NCBI RefSeq assembly: GCF_022539665.2
Contig: NC_081331.1
Coordinates: 5,208,001 to 5,272,000, forward strand
Length of the DNA: 64,000 nucleotides
DNA from: Daphnia carinata
Lineage: Eukaryota
Direction of reading: 5' to 3'
Part shown: piece by piece, positions 28,001 through 42,000 of the stretch
How positions within the stretch are numbered: position 1 is the stretch's first letter
How the letters are laid out: the number at the start of each line of letters is the position of its first letter
The notes under the pieces: generated by a model
Told to the model about the DNA's origin: nothing
Databases searched by the model: none
Seen by the model: the letters and a program-made list of their open reading frames with translations, nothing else
Translations under genes and position numbers: made by a program

Positions 28001-31000
28001 GCACTAGGCAAAAATAAAGAGATTTCGTTTTCCTTTTTGATTTGATTTTTTTAGATTTTTTTCCGGCGGGGTTTTCGTGTCTTCTCGTTTGACGAAGATG
28101 GGACGTCCTTTCTTTTGATTTATTCTTTAATAGGGCGGCTTTCGATGCTTGACGCTAATGTTCCAGGAGTATTGAGTGCTATGTAGGCCCCTGTATCGAC
28201 AAACGTTAAATAAAAAAAGTAGCAGCTGTTTGCCAAAAAGAAGACCTTCTCCCTTTTTTTTTGGCTTCTAAAGAATTATAGGGACTGCAACTGGAACAAG
28301 TCAAGAGGGCGAGAACCTTTTTGGCTCTCGCTTTCATCTCTTTTGCAACTCTTAAAAGGTTTATTTTTTTCCGTAATGACGAGCTGGTGCATTTCTGTTT
28401 AATTTCACTGATTTTCAACAACAACAACAACAACAAAATGGAGAAACGAGATGGGTCGGCTGATAGTGGCACTCTATATCGATCCGTCTTCATTGCTTGC
28501 TTTCAATACTGTGTCAATCTCGACCATGGTATTTCCTGTTCCCTTTTCCCATTTTGTTTTTCAGTTTTTTGTTTGTGGGGGTCCATTTCATTCTTTCATT
28601 TGTCTCTCTGTTTCAGATCGATTTTATTTTTTCCTCGTGCATTTTCGTGATTCGCAATTCCTTTCGTCCTTATCTCATTTCACGATTTCTATTGTTTCAT
28701 TTCGACGGATGAAAAATGCAATCCAGTTTGGGTGGCAGCAGTGGCCCTATTTTTCCACCGTTGGGGCAAAATTCGGATGTTGCTGCCGTACCAGCCCGTC
28801 TTCAAAGAAGAGGAGCCGGTCATTGTCGGCTGTTCACCGTCTCCGACGCCGTTGCAGCTCTCGCAGCCTTCACAGCTTTTACCGTCGTCGAGTCTCTCGC
28901 AATCGCAGCCGCCCGTCCCGCCCTCAGCCGTTCACGTTAGCGCCAATAAGTTCGTTTCGCTCGATCCGGCCGCTATCCGCCGCAATCAGTTTATGGTGAG
29001 TTTGTCTTTGTTTCAACTAAAGCTGCCATATACTTAGTCTTAAGCGAATCAATACGGATGTAAAGTACATCGCCTCGTATATGCCAGAGCCAAGGCCCAT
29101 TGGCTCTGCATTCAACGTCCAGTATAGCACACAATCGAATTAAATGCGTATCCAGCAAAGGAAAACAGAAGTCTTTGCGAACGATATTTGACATTTTTCA
29201 GCGCACGATGATTAATTAGTCGGCCTCGTCACGATCCATCCGTTGCAAATCTTCGCGGAAAGCGCTTCATTCTCTGACTGCAATAAGATTATCCCTTGAG
29301 TACAACAATGACAATCCTTTTCAACTTTTTTTGGGGAGGGTTCTATTCTTTATTCTTTCTGTCTTCTGAGCAATAGCAACACCAGGGATATCATTGCAGA
29401 CGTTGATAGATCGATGAGTGGAAAGAGAATTTCGGATTAGTCAGCAGATTCCTCGGGTTGGTTCGCATCACACACCCCGAGAGCTTTTTGCTTGATTCCA
29501 AAGTTTCTTTGCCAATCTATTAACGACTTGACCATCCGATATCGCCCTTAGCGAAACTTCCGGCACGTGAACTCATTGCGTCTCATCAGCTAAGCCGAAA
29601 AAAAAAGGAAAGATCATAGACGTTAGTAAATCCATATGTTTCTGATGCGGGCAAGTTGCGGCTAGGGCCAACAATCACGAAGTAGCATCCATTCAATATA
29701 CTTCGCTACACAACAAAACTCTTATCGTTTGAAAATGATTTTCTTTTTCTTGTTAAGTATAGAAAACCGTCTTTTGACCATATATTCGGTTCCCTGCTTT
29801 TTCCCCTACTTGCTGACTGGTTTCCCCTCTTTGTGTGGCTCTACGTCCTAAGTAAATTGGGTGGAATTCCCATACGAGAAACGGATAGCTCTATAGAGAG
29901 CTATGCGTGGCCCTGCGTGGGACTATAAAATGGATGCGTGTCGGAACTCGGAAGTGGGAGAGGTTAGAGGGGTGAATTCACAGACCTATACTGTGGTACA
30001 TATAAAGTACATGTTTGTGCGTGTGAGCGCGTACGGATGTAACGAGTCCGGTTTTTCGGAAGTCACCCTTCGCGGTCTTCGTTTCAATGTCCTCGAATGA
30101 GCTGGAAAAAGAGAAAAAAAAGCAAAACAACGAATGAGGTCGGCAGAGGCAAGGCGGATCGAAAACTAAGGCAGTTTGTAAGAGAGGGAGGATGCATGAG
30201 GGAGAACGATACGTAGTACACGTCGTCATGATTTATTGGCAACGAGTCAGGTTCACCATCCCATTTCCTAGCTCGACAGGCTTATATTATCATTGCGTTC
30301 GTTTAATTGATGTCCACTTATGTTTTACGTTTTTCTCCACCCCAGGCAAAGAGGAAATGGATAAGGCTCGCCTGACCCCATTTGCGTTATTATCGAAACT
30401 TACGTTTACGCGATTTCGAATTGTATCGCATCATCTCGTGCTCGTGTCCCGACGATTGTTCATCGACTTCTCGGAAATCGCTGCATGAATAACTGAGGAG
30501 AGCTTCGATTCAACGACTATGTAGTTTTTATTAGGTCTGCCGTAAGTGGTGTAAAAGTTGAAGAGTGAGGATCGGGAGGGATAGAGATGGAAAACCAGAC
30601 GTACTAGAATGAGTTGGATGGCACGAGAACGTCGAAAGAAATACAGTAGTTGTAATCATTGCCTGCACCCTTGATACCGTCGGTTGAGTGAACCAGTGAG
30701 TGTGCGCATAAGAGTTAGGAAGACGTTCACTCTGCATAGTGAGGAGCGACCTTTCACGTTCAGGGTCGTGACATATCAAGCTGTGTAACACAGTGGGCAC
30801 GCTACCAGGCGTCCTTTATATTTTGTATTGCTTCTCGCTGAATAATTTCCGCTTCACTTGATCCGAAATCAATCCATGCATCACACACCTAACAGTGAAT
30901 GCAGTTTGATTCTATCGATTCTTCGTAATTCGCTTGGATACATTTACTATATAGTGCTTGAGTCCTGTAGGTCGCTATCGTTTATGGATTTTTCTGTGTC

Positions 31001-31776
31001 AAATATGAAACCCAAAAAATATTGGATGTGATTTTGTTGGTGACAATATTTTCATTGGTTTTAGCTCCATTCCAGGTTGGCCAGAATGCAAGCTTACACG
31101 GTAATTACCGATGTTTTTTTTTCCCTTCTTATCGAAATTGAGCACCGTCACACCGCATAAAATGTTGTGGATCATTTGAGCTTCGTATCTGAATCGCACA
31201 AAGCAAATCGCCCTTAAAATGACATGCACTTTGTACTTTTGACGTAAATAATGTCGAACAAATTCAATTAGCCGCTGTGTTACGTGCTTACCCTTACTTC
31301 GGTCGGTTTACTTTGTTCAGGAGCGGCGTAACTGGCCAACATCCATGAGTAGGTTGGATCAAAATTGCATCATTGTGGGACGAAGTCCTTTGCCGGCCGT
31401 TCGGCAGAAAGGCTACGCCAACCGGCGAGCCAACACGATAGCGGCAGATACGTGCGACTGTTGCGAACGTCCCATCGGCTACTGTCGGAAGCAAAACGAT
31501 CCCAATCACAGTCGTCAACGTGGAATTCATCAGGCGAAATTCGCCAGTGGTTCTGGCTGCAGTTGCGAGGAGTCCCGCAAAGAGCATCCGCGCAAGGCGC
31601 ACAGTGCTGAGGTCATTACGCTCACTGTCACTTCGTGTGACAGCCCAACTAACAGCGTACGCTCAAACAGCACTCCAGAGTTACCGGAACACGTGAATTC
31701 GCCCTTCTCGACGAAGCCGCAACGGCCTAATAATTTTCGACACGAAGAAACGAGGACAGCAGAGTGTTCCCTTTAA
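25048..31776 (+). CDS. Fibronectin type III single-pass membrane protein, FNDC4/FNDC5 (irisin precursor)-like, ~467 aa
   Basis: Exons 25048-25129 (signal-like), 25232-25409, 25475-25534, 26741-27099, 28727-28995, 31321-31776 splice in frame (1404 nt). FN3 hallmarks PFNVTV..SALVTW..YILSDLRPGSDYMVRV; TM segment VRGEEVGIVILVLIVWVAAVALFFHRWGKIRMLLPYQP resembles the FNDC4/5-type TM region as recalled. Confidence 0.8.
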
Positions 31777-33189
31777 GCTTGAACGTGACAGTTGCATTTT
31801 CAGAACTCTTCCCCTTGTCTTTATTTTGGAAGTATTTGCCAGTTTTCCGCTATCTGATAAGAGTTTGAGAGATGACATGTTTTCAACTAGAATCGCCTAT
31901 AGGACAATAGTAATCACGTCTTGTCCAAATGTATATTGTAGACTACGGTGGCTGCATGACCTGGTTTTTTTCATCTTCTAGCTTCGTAGTGTGACTTGTT
32001 GTCTGGCCCGTTGACCCTTCATGCGTGACCTTTTTTGTACTTCTTTTCTATCCGGCCAATGACCTAGTTAAATCTTGATGGAATTAGTTTCCTTTTCCCC
32101 CTCCGTTTTGTCGTGTAGCAACGCATTAATTCTTTGTTGGATCGATTGTACAATTCCACCATGTTTTTATTTACAGGTCTAGATTCATTGAACCATTATG
32201 TTTTCAATAGCCTCGTAAACTTGCAGCCAGATGTAGCCTATCTCACATTTATTTCAGCACTACAAAGTGGATTTGTGTATATCGCCAAACTGATCGATTT
32301 ACTACGAGGCGTTTACCCTTATTCATTATGTATAGACCCCATAATGTCCAGTTTCACTTCGTGAGCGTGTCAATCTGGTTTCCTTGTGTTTGTTCGTTAA
32401 GAAAACCATTGGTTATTATCACCTGGACGCGGAAATTACTCAAATCACAATCGAGTATAACGCGTTCGTGAGTACTGTTTTTTCAAATTCGCGTGTACGA
32501 ATGTTGTGAAAATAAGGTGTGTATCTTAAACTTGTGATGAACTTAAAGATGGATGGAATACAAGTGGCGTACTATTACTGCCAACTTCCAGCTCTAGTTT
32601 CCTCCGCACACTCATGAGTTTTGGCAGCTAGACTTGTTTCTGTCGACAACTCATACCTTTTATCCTCGATGTTTCTGAAAGAGATTAGATTGCCCGGTTA
32701 GTCTTCCGTCTTTCTCAGCTAGTACAAACCGAATCTAACCACCGAAAGTTGTTCTCCGAGGGACGCCCCTTCAGAGGCTGGACCCTGGAGGGCAAAGTTT
32801 CATCGGCCAGTCAACTTTCGAACCGTGTCTTCGACACTCCTAGTATGTGACCTTAATTATTTTCCGTTTTTCTTTAACTTACTTATTAACCTTTTTGCTG
32901 GTACATTCTGATCGACGTTTGAGCCACAAATTGTTCCGGAGGGGGGTACATAAAAAAGCCTCAAACAGAAAGGCACGATATTCATCAGTTGGCGTAATGT
33001 CTTCGTCCTGATCGCATTGAGTTTAAAAAATCGAGTCATTTCCAACGTTTCATATAGAAAGGAAAGAAAGATTTTCGACGGAATCCTTGCGGATAAGGAT
33101 GGGTTTATTGTGGCGTTACTCCGTTGAGTAGCGCGAGTGTCGAAGTTCTGTTTGACAACAAACTAACCAAGGGGGGTAGTACAACACGA

Positions 33190-33196
33190 TATAAAA
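33190..33196 (+). promoter_or_regulatory. TATA box of PHGDH; a 5'UTR intron (about 33252-33316) follows
   Basis: TATAAAA with TCAGTT initiator-like motif about 30 nt downstream, then gtaagt...tcgtag intron before ATG 33373. Confidence 0.6.
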
Positions 33197-33372
33197 GGAA
33201 GCATTGAATCTTGGAGAACGTTCTCAGTTTTCCACGAGACTCATTTTTAGGGTAAGTATCTCAAACGTGTCCATCATTTTCTTAAACTTCTACTTTCATT
33301 CACTCTTGTTTCGTAGTTTTAGTTACTGTTTTCATTCCAAGGCATTCCAGAATCCACCGTTCTGCTAACGTC

Positions 33373-35559
33373 ATGGCACTGAATATCCAGCAAGTTTTAA
33401 TTAGCGATCCAGTTGACCCAATCTGTTCGAAGATCCTTCAAGATTACGGTATGAACGTCACCTACGCTCGTCAGTGGACGAAAGAGCGACTTCTCCAAGA
33501 AATTCAGGTATCTGTGTTTATTGAAATTCCTGGCTGGGTTTCCCTTTTCTTCTCACAAATACTTGACTATAAATAGAATACTATTGCTCTACTTGAATCG
33601 ATTTTTAGAATTATGAAGTATTGATTGTCCGTTCCGAAACGAAAGTTACTGATGAGGTACTGGCAGCAGCTACTAAATTGCGTCTGGTGGGTCGGGCTGG
33701 AACCGGACTGGACAATGTTGACATTGCGGCCGCCACTCGTCGAGGTGTTCTCGTCATGAAGTACATAGAATTATTCATTTCATTGTCCAATAGAACGAAC
33801 TAACATTCCTAAAGTGTCGTGACACGAAAACACGAATGTTTGCAACTCACATTCTTTTTTAACTTATCCAGTACACCTGGCGGAAATACGATGAGCGCAG
33901 CCGAACACACCTGCGCCATGATTGCTGCTCTCAGTCGGTAAAGGAAAATTACATTTTCGTATTTCTGGAGGTTGTTGAGCACAGCTTGACAAATGTTTTA
34001 TGTCAGGCACATTCCACAGGCTTGTGCTGCCCTTAAGAACGGAATCTGGGACCGAAAGACATACATGGGTAACGAACTGCATGGCAAAACGTTAGCTATT
34101 CTCGGTCTGGGACGTATTGGGCGTGAGGTGGCGATCAGGATGCAAGCATTTGGCATGAAGGTAAACACTGTTAAACTCCAAATACTCGACATTTCGTTTG
34201 TACGCCGTTTGTGCATAACACAGACTATCGGCTATGATCCGATGATTGAAAAACAAGCTGCAGCTGAATTCGGTGTTGTCAAACTGGAGCTGGAAGATAT
34301 CTGGCCATTGGCTGACTACATCACCGTTCACACACCTTACATGCCGCAAACACACCGTAAGGATCATAGGTTTATTGCCAAGATTTGATTCTTATCCAAT
34401 ATAGTTTCCCCTATTTTTTTTTAGATCTTATCAGCACATCAGCGTTGATGCGTTGCAAGTCTTCCGTGCGGATTATCAATATTGCTCGTGGAGGTATTGT
34501 CGACGAGAACGCATTACTGGATGCGCTCAACTCCGATAGTTGCCAAGGTGCTGCGTTGGACGTCTTTGTTCAAGAACCTCCTAAAGAAGGCGCGACCACC
34601 TGGCAATTGATTCAGCATCCCCGCGTCATCTGCACCCCGCATCTGGGCGCATCAACGGTCGAGGCTCAGGAACGAGTCGCTCGTGAAATCGCAGAACAAC
34701 TCATCGATTTGGTCGAGGGCCGACAAGCAGTCGGCATCGCTAATGCACCCAATCTTGCCCTTTCTATGGTGGAACGCAACAAACCATGGATGCAGCTAGC
34801 CCAAGCTTTGGGACACCTGGCCAATTCTTTAGCAGAAGGAAGTCTTGACCGATGTCCATCCGGCAGCGAAACGTCCGTCGAATTGATATGTTGTGGTAAA
34901 ATTCTGCTGTGACGTTTTGGATTGACATGATGGTCCATATTTGTTTGGATTGGAAAACAGGCGAAGGGACGGAAGACGTCAATTTGCTAGCCAGCTCTGC
35001 CTTGGTTGGCCATCTGAATGGCATGAAAGCCAATGGTATCAATATTATCAACGCCGCAATCCTAGCTCGTGACATTGGAGTAACCATCAGTGCCCGTCAT
35101 GTTGGATCGTCCAAATATCTGTCAATCGTCCAAGATCTAGAAAAGCTATTGCAGTTGACAGTCGCTCGAGGACCTTTCAATATTCAACTGATTGGTACAA
35201 TCGGTGTTCTCAGTTGTGGAAGAGGATTGCAGGTGTAACAAATAAGACTGAATCTATCATTAAAACTCATAGGCAGCGTTCAAGGAAGCAACCCAGTCTT
35301 GTATGCCATCAACGGTTGCTGGTTCCCGTTTGGCGCGACACTTTCGGGTAACGTGTTGCTCTTCAACGGCAAACAACCGGATACGACGTTGACAGCGTTG
35401 ATGGGTGCCTTGGCAGCGTCGGGAGTTGGCGTTTCAGCTGTGATGTGCACACCTCCTGGAGCTTCCTGTTGGTTGGCCTTGCGTACGGCCGATGTCTTCC
35501 AGAACCCGCAAAAACTCAACGGGCCCGACGCCACCTTTATCGCCCAATTAATGTTCTAA
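33373..35559 (+). CDS. PHGDH: D-3-phosphoglycerate dehydrogenase, ~543 aa, 8 exons
   Basis: Exons 33373-33507, 33609-33760, 33872-33937, 34007-34160, 34224-34356, 34425-34895, 34961-35194, 35273-35559 (1632 nt). Motifs [81 protein letters not shown]. Confidence 0.96.
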
Positions 35560-36444
35560 TATCAGCTTTCACGGTAGGATCTAAAAAAATAGTTTGCTTG
35601 CCATAGAGCCTACGCCTTTCTGAATTCTTAAAAGTACAATTTTACGAGATAAGCTCAATATACCGTATCATTCGTTCGCCATGGTGAAATTTTTCATAGG
35701 TCTCGTTGTCGTAAGAAAAGACTCGAGAAAAGTTTTGTTAGATCGATTGCTTGACTCGGTTACAAGAAGTTTCATGGCCAGCAATTTGCTACCCTTTATT
35801 GCGCATTGAACACTTGCAATAGGTCAGTTTGCTATTGTCATTCACCTCTGATAAATGCCACAGAACTTAGATCTTCAGTTACTTGTTTTAGTTTTCTTCT
35901 TGTTGTTAAGATGTGAAGGGGCTTCTTAAATTGAAACGGCATGCCACTAGTATTATAGACACGGAACGCCATCAGCAAATGAGAGGTAGGAACAAGAGAA
36001 AAGAGAAAGCAGGAGGGAAACTGAAGAAAACCAAACAGAACCAGATATGTCCAGTTTCGTGCCTTGTCAGTCCTTGAAACAAAACCAGTGTGGTATCACG
36101 CTATACCCTCGAGCTGCTTTGGTTTGGGGGAAAAACAACACAGGTCGTATTCTGTTATCTAAAAAAACGGGACGAAGACTTGTTTCTGGACAGGCATAGA
36201 AAGTAAAGGCTCAGGAAGTATAACTCTCAAGGTAATTTTCAGGTAGGTAAACAACCCACTATCGTTATTTATATTTTATTTAAAGGTACTAATGCAGGTT
36301 TAATCGGCATAGTGGCGAAGGTTTTTCCTAGTTTCTCCATCGTAAACGAATAGACCATTTTGGACACAGTCTTCCGAACTCGATTTTTTCTTAAAGGGAT
36401 GTGAAAGAAGCTTTTTTTTCGAGTAACAGGTTTTTTTTCCAGCA

Positions 36445-38192
36445 TTTTGTTTCCGTTTATTGAAAAACAGTTGGGTTGACGATAAAAGAAGCCACTTTAT
36501 TGAAATCAGCGATTAATTTTGGTTGTTATGTATGATTTTTATAGGATTCTAAGAGTTTTCATTTTTTGCGGAATTTGGCAAAAGTGGGAAGGCTATAGCC
36601 TTCTCACTTTTTCATTTTTGGCCGAAATTTAGATTTCATTTTAAATACATGATTCCGATTCAAAATTGAACCAGAATCACAAAAATCAAGTTTGTTTTTA
36701 CGTTGGGCTTATAGCTTTTTAGAAAAACGAAAAAAACCGGAAAGAAATTAAGCCCGACAAGAAAAAGTCGGGCTTACCGACTTATGATAATCTATTAATA
36801 TCTATTATCTATCTACCTATTAAATGAAAATCATAAATATGTCGTTATTTTTTTCATTGGGCCAACCGTTTTTGAAATACATTGAATATTTGTGCTGCAT
36901 CGCGCTAGCGCTGTTGCGCACTGGCGCGGCGCTAACGTTGTGTTGAATATTCGCTGTATTTCATAAACGATTGATTTGACGCAAAAACAAACCACTTTGT
37001 GAAAATCAACGTTTAATTTTACTTGTTCTGTGTGATTTTTATCGCAATCTAAGAGTTTTCATTTTTTGCGGATTTTGACAAAAGTGGGAAGGCTATAGCC
37101 TTCTCACTTTTTCGTTTTTGGCCAAAATTTAGATTTCATTTTAAATACATGATTCCGATTCAAAATTGAACGAGAATCACAAAAATGAAGTTTACTTTTA
37201 CGTTGGCCTTATAGCTTTTCGAATAAACGGAAAAAACGGGTGGATAAGTGCTGGCGCGCCAGCAGCGCGTTAATTCCATTTATTACAAAAACGGCCGGTT
37301 TGACGAACAAACAAATATATTTATGGCATCAGCGTTTTATTTTAGGTTTAGTTACATCAAATTTAATGTTAAAATTACAACACTGAATTTCTGCCATACC
37401 GAAAATTAAGCCCGATAAAATAAGCCTGACTTTTTCGGGCTTATTTTTTAGATAAGACTTTTTTATACATATAGCTACAAAAATACATTAGTTTGATTCG
37501 GAATTAAAGGAAAATCACAAATATTTCGTGTGTTTTTCAAGAGGGCTTATAGTTATTGAATAAATTGTAAAAAACAACAAACCCAAATATGTGCGCTACT
37601 AGTATTTCGTTTCCGTTTATTTAAAAAGCGGTTGGTTTGACGAGAAAACAAACCACTTTATTGAAATCAGCGTTTAATTTTGAATGTTCTGTGTGATTTT
37701 TATCGCAATCTAAGAGTTTTCATTTTTTGCGGATTTTGACAAAAGTGGGAAGGCTATAGCCTTCTCACTTTTTCGTTTTTGGCCAAAATTTAGATTTCAT
37801 TTTAAATACATGATTCCGATTCAAAATTGAACGAGAATCACAAAAATGAAGTTTATTTTTACGTTGGCCTTATAGCTTTTCGAATAAACGGAAAAAAACG
37901 GGTGGATAAGTGCATGCGCGCCAGCAGCGCGTTAATTCCATTTATTACAAAAACGGCCGGTTTGACGAACAAACAAATATTTTTATGGCATCAGCGTTTT
38001 ATTTTAGGTTTAGTTACATCAAATTTAATGTTAAAATTACAACACTGAATTTCTGCCATACCGAAAATTAAGCCCGATAAAATAAGCCCGACTTTTTCGG
38101 GCTTATTTTTTAGATAAGACTTTTTTATACATATAGCTACAAAAATACATTAGTTTGATTCGGAATTAAAGGAAAATCACTAATATTTCGTT
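36445..38192. repeat. Tandem array of AT-rich 500-660 bp units punctuated by a 32-bp palindrome (MITE-like or satellite-like)
   Basis: AAAAGTGGGAAGGCTATAGCCTTCTCACTTTT at 36580-36611, 37080-37111 and 37741-37772; near-identical direct repeat about 37025-37530 vs 37686-38191; hairpin TAAGCCCGAC..GTCGGGCTTA at 36749-36776. No transposase ORF. Confidence 0.85.
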
Positions 38193-38677
38193 TGTTAGGT
38201 TAGTTTTGATTTTAGTGTACCAATTTTGTTGAATTACAAGAGATGTCACAGTGTACTTATGTCCAAAATCACAGAGTATATACCCAAAATTGGATGCTGA
38301 TTCCGGGAAAATTGTTCTTTTCCTCATCAACATTGCCATTTAAATGAAGTTTTTTAAAGTAACAAGAATTGCAAGGAAACAGCAAATATTTCTTTCAGAA
38401 TATTGACGAATTCACCACGTTATTGGATCTGTCCGCCCGTCAGCATTTTCATCATTAAGAATTATTGCCCTTGTATGGAGTAGAACCGTGTACGTTTGTT
38501 TCGTATTTTGCAATGAAGGTACGCTAGCGCATGAGCCACCACTGCAATTGGTTAAAATGGAAGTGAAGATGTATATAAAGATGTCTAAGTTTTAGTTTTT
38601 TGGTTTCCTTTGCAACTCGCCAAAAAAAGAAATCGCGAATAACATTTTAGAAATCAGAAAATGTAAAATGATATTAT

Positions 38678-38683
38678 AAAAAA
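38678..38683 (-). terminator. RNA polymerase III T-run terminator of tRNA-Val
   Basis: T6 on the minus strand, 3 nt after the tRNA 3' end. Confidence 0.75.
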
Positions 38684-38686
38684 GGG

Positions 38687-38759
38687 TGCTTCCACCCAGG
38701 ATCGAACTGAGGACCTTCAGCGTGTAAAGCCGACGTGATAACCACTACACTATGGAAGC
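38687..38759 (-). tRNA. tRNA-Val (anticodon TAC)
   Basis: Reverse complement GCTTCCATAGTGTAGTGGTTATCACGTCGGCTTTACACGCTGAAGGTCCTCAGTTCGATCCTGGGTGGAAGCA, 73 nt; acceptor stem GCTTCCA/TGGAAGC, anticodon loop TTTACAC, T-loop TTCGATC. Confidence 0.95.
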
Positions 38760-39043
38760 TTATTGACAAATATCCACAATACTATTGAAACATAATTTAT
38801 ATGTTTTGTAACCTTTAATAAATTTTCTTTAAAGTGATGTGATGTTAAGATTTTCAATTGTAGGCTTTTTCGTGAATAGAATTTCAAAATTTTCCCAACG
38901 GTTTACGATATTATGAAATGACATACCAGGTGTATTAAATCGTGTTTCATTTTTGTCCTTTTCTAAAATAAAAAGAAACCAGGATTCGTTGACTTTATAA
39001 CTGTTATAGAACACTTGATTGTCGTAAGTCTAACAGTAAAGAC

Positions 39044-42000
39044 TTATGCGGCATTGTTTACACGGTCCACTTTCACGCGGTAAAAGTTTGTTCCTTTTGG
39101 AAGGTTATAGCGATTTTCCTCCTAAATCATCGAAAGTAAAAATTTGTGTATTATTAATAGTTATCTTACTACTTATCATATGACAAGCAATGGACAAATT
39201 TTTTTATGAAATGTTACCTTCCGAACAAGGCAAAATTCCCTTTGGATAACTCTAGCCAAAAAAGGTTCCATTGTCGCGTTCTGCAGTCCGAGCGCGGATA
39301 TTGAGTCAGCATGCAAAAAATGTAGGTAGGGCCCTTTGTTGTACAAAATGTGTGTTGAATATCGTTCGTCCCATTGCACGACTACAGCATCTCCAACCTC
39401 ACAACCGTAAACATTTGCTGAACCTTGTCTAACGAGCGATCTAGTCATTTTGCTCTAAACGAATAAAAGAAAAGGAAGTTATATTGAAGCCACACCGATT
39501 AAAAAATCTTATTAACGAGAACCATGGGTTTCTTTTTTAAAGAAGATTTCGGAGGAAGTAATGGGCTCGCCGAGGATTTCTCATCTGACTGCAAAACTGC
39601 CACGCTAGCTGCCATATTTGTCGAACTAAATCCAATACGTTGTTATTAATCAAAACGTGGCATTGCACAGTCGCACGCCCTTCCAGTACAAAATTATTTA
39701 CCTGATTTGGGATATGGACGTCGTAAATGGAAGAGGTGGTTTGCTCGAGAGGTGTGTACTCTCTTGGCGGAGTTGGTCTACTTTCGAACCAACACTTTGC
39801 ATCATCTTATTCGAATCTTTCAGCGCTTCCGACAGCGTTGCCTCCCACTTTGTAGGCTTGGTGTTGCTGGTTTTGTAATGGGTTGTATAGCTTTCAACAA
39901 GGGTTGCCAATTTATCTTTTTCTTGCTTCAACTTCTCGACTAGTGGCAGTAATAGTTCGTCTGCATGACTTTCCTGGAGAACAAGCGAAAGTTACGATGT
40001 AACTCCAATTACGTTATTTATTATTCTTTTAATAAATTACTGGTACTCTCTTGGCATTTACTAGATTGGACGGGCTGGCCGGTGGGGTCGTTCGCATTTC
40101 AAATTTGTCTAATGAATCGGATCTTGACCTACAATCGGACGGAGATTGGCTTGCCATCATACGAAACCTTGCGAACATGTAAAACGATTAATCGTAACGT
40201 AGCTGAAAAAAGGAAGAACAATGCAGGAATGAAATGCAAATTTCACTAACCGCGATCTAAGTCCTTCAATCTCCAATCGGTGTTTGCGTTGACATTCTTC
40301 CTGTATTTGAAGTTTCTTAGTCTCGCTATCCTTAAGTAATTGCTCGTATTTTTTTTCGCCATTCGCTGACATCTGGAACGCTCATTTGGTTGTGAAGTTG
40401 TAAAAGTCCATTTAGTTCCGAATCTTTTTCCAGTTTCAGTTGTTCTAGTTCTACTTCATGGCCAAGCATAAGCTCTTGCTTCCATGCTCTTAATGCATTG
40501 GGATTTTCCTGCGTATTGAATTACAATTTACAGCAGAAATAAATTGTTTCCTTCAAATAATAAAAACTGCCGCAATTTAGCACAAGAGCATGCAGGGCTA
40601 TCAATCACGCTTACCTGCTCGGAAGCTGATTGCCAGTCGCTCACTACGACCTGATACTTTTCCTCGGTAACTTTAACTGCTTTTTCTAGAGTCTGAATTT
40701 GCTTTTTGTACTCAAGCTTTTGCTGATGCAATTGTTCAAGTCGTTGTTGCTCGAGCTCTTCTTCTCGTTGCTGAAGGCGACGCTGAGAGCTGGCGATCAG
40801 GCTCTTTTTTTCTTCCTCCCATTCAACGCATTGTTTTTTCCAATTGTCAAGCTCAAACCTGGCTGCCATTAACTCTTCCTGTAATTTTTCTTTTTCTTCG
40901 CCAAGCTTTTTGTTGTGACATCGGACTTCATCCAACATGGCTAGTGAAGCGTTTTCTTCAGAGGCAAACAGCTTAGTAATCTGTTGCGTTAGTTCAGATC
41001 TTAGCCACGCTAATTGCTCATTGGCTACATCACTCCACTCTATCGTCAATTTTCGAATGGAATCCATTTCTGTTCGGAAGGCTGGTAGCGCAGCTTGACC
41101 AGCTTCTAAAGCGCACTGCAAGTGAGATTGAAGTGCCAACAATCGACAGCGTTGGCCTTTGACAGTTTCTTCTAATTGTCGCTGAAGTTCTACTCCAGCG
41201 TCGTCGCGACACTGTCTCTGTAAAACGTTCAAAATTAATCAACGAACGTCTAGGCAGAACCTATTATTCTTTCGGTTTACATTCGAATCAGAAGAATCTT
41301 CAGCTTGATAATCAGGGTGGAAGTCAGACTGGGATCGCTTGACTTTAGAACGACCCGATCGAACAGGAGGCGAAAGTAATGCAGCCGAGAGGCTTGGAAG
41401 AACGCCAGTTTCAATTTGGAGTTCCGTTGGAGTTAACAACTTCTGTGCTGATGAATGGAGACGCTCTAGAACAGGGGGATTTCGCAGCACCTCCTAAGAT
41501 CAAATGAATTTATTTTAGTTTTTAACGTGGAACCGAATTTTATTTGGTTGCCTTTAAATTGCCCGGTAATTGTAGTCTGGCCCATAAAGTGGGTAACGCG
41601 TTTTTCAAACGTTCTAGATCATCAACCGAAACCGGAGGTAAATTGGTATCGAACGGAGATGGAGGTGATGTGGCAAAAGACGGAGAGAACTGTTCGACAA
41701 TTCCGGGAAAAAGTTGCGTCAAGAAGTGCCCATCGCAAGTTTCAATAAAACTCTTGCGCAGGGATGCCTCGTCTTGATGCACTATTCTCGCATAACCTGT
41801 CATTGAATCAAAGGCATGAGCAATCAACCCACTAAAGAAAAACCCATAGTTTTACCGGAGAGGGTTTCGGCCCATTCAATAAACTTGGTACTGAAATGCT
41901 TTCGTCGGACGATTTCTACCATAGAACGAAGATAAACATTTGGCGCTTGATGGAGCTGCCGTAGTAAATCAAAATGTCGGCGAAGGCGGCGTAAATTTTC

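Noticed and set aside
36580..37772. Three identical 32-bp palindromic repeats suggestive of a CRISPR array
   Set aside because: Spacing is 500-660 bp, intervening sequences are themselves repeats, there are no cas genes and the context is eukaryotic.
37827..38048. 73-aa ORF inside the repeat array as a possible transposase fragment
   Set aside because: No catalytic motif; falls in AT-rich repeat sequence.
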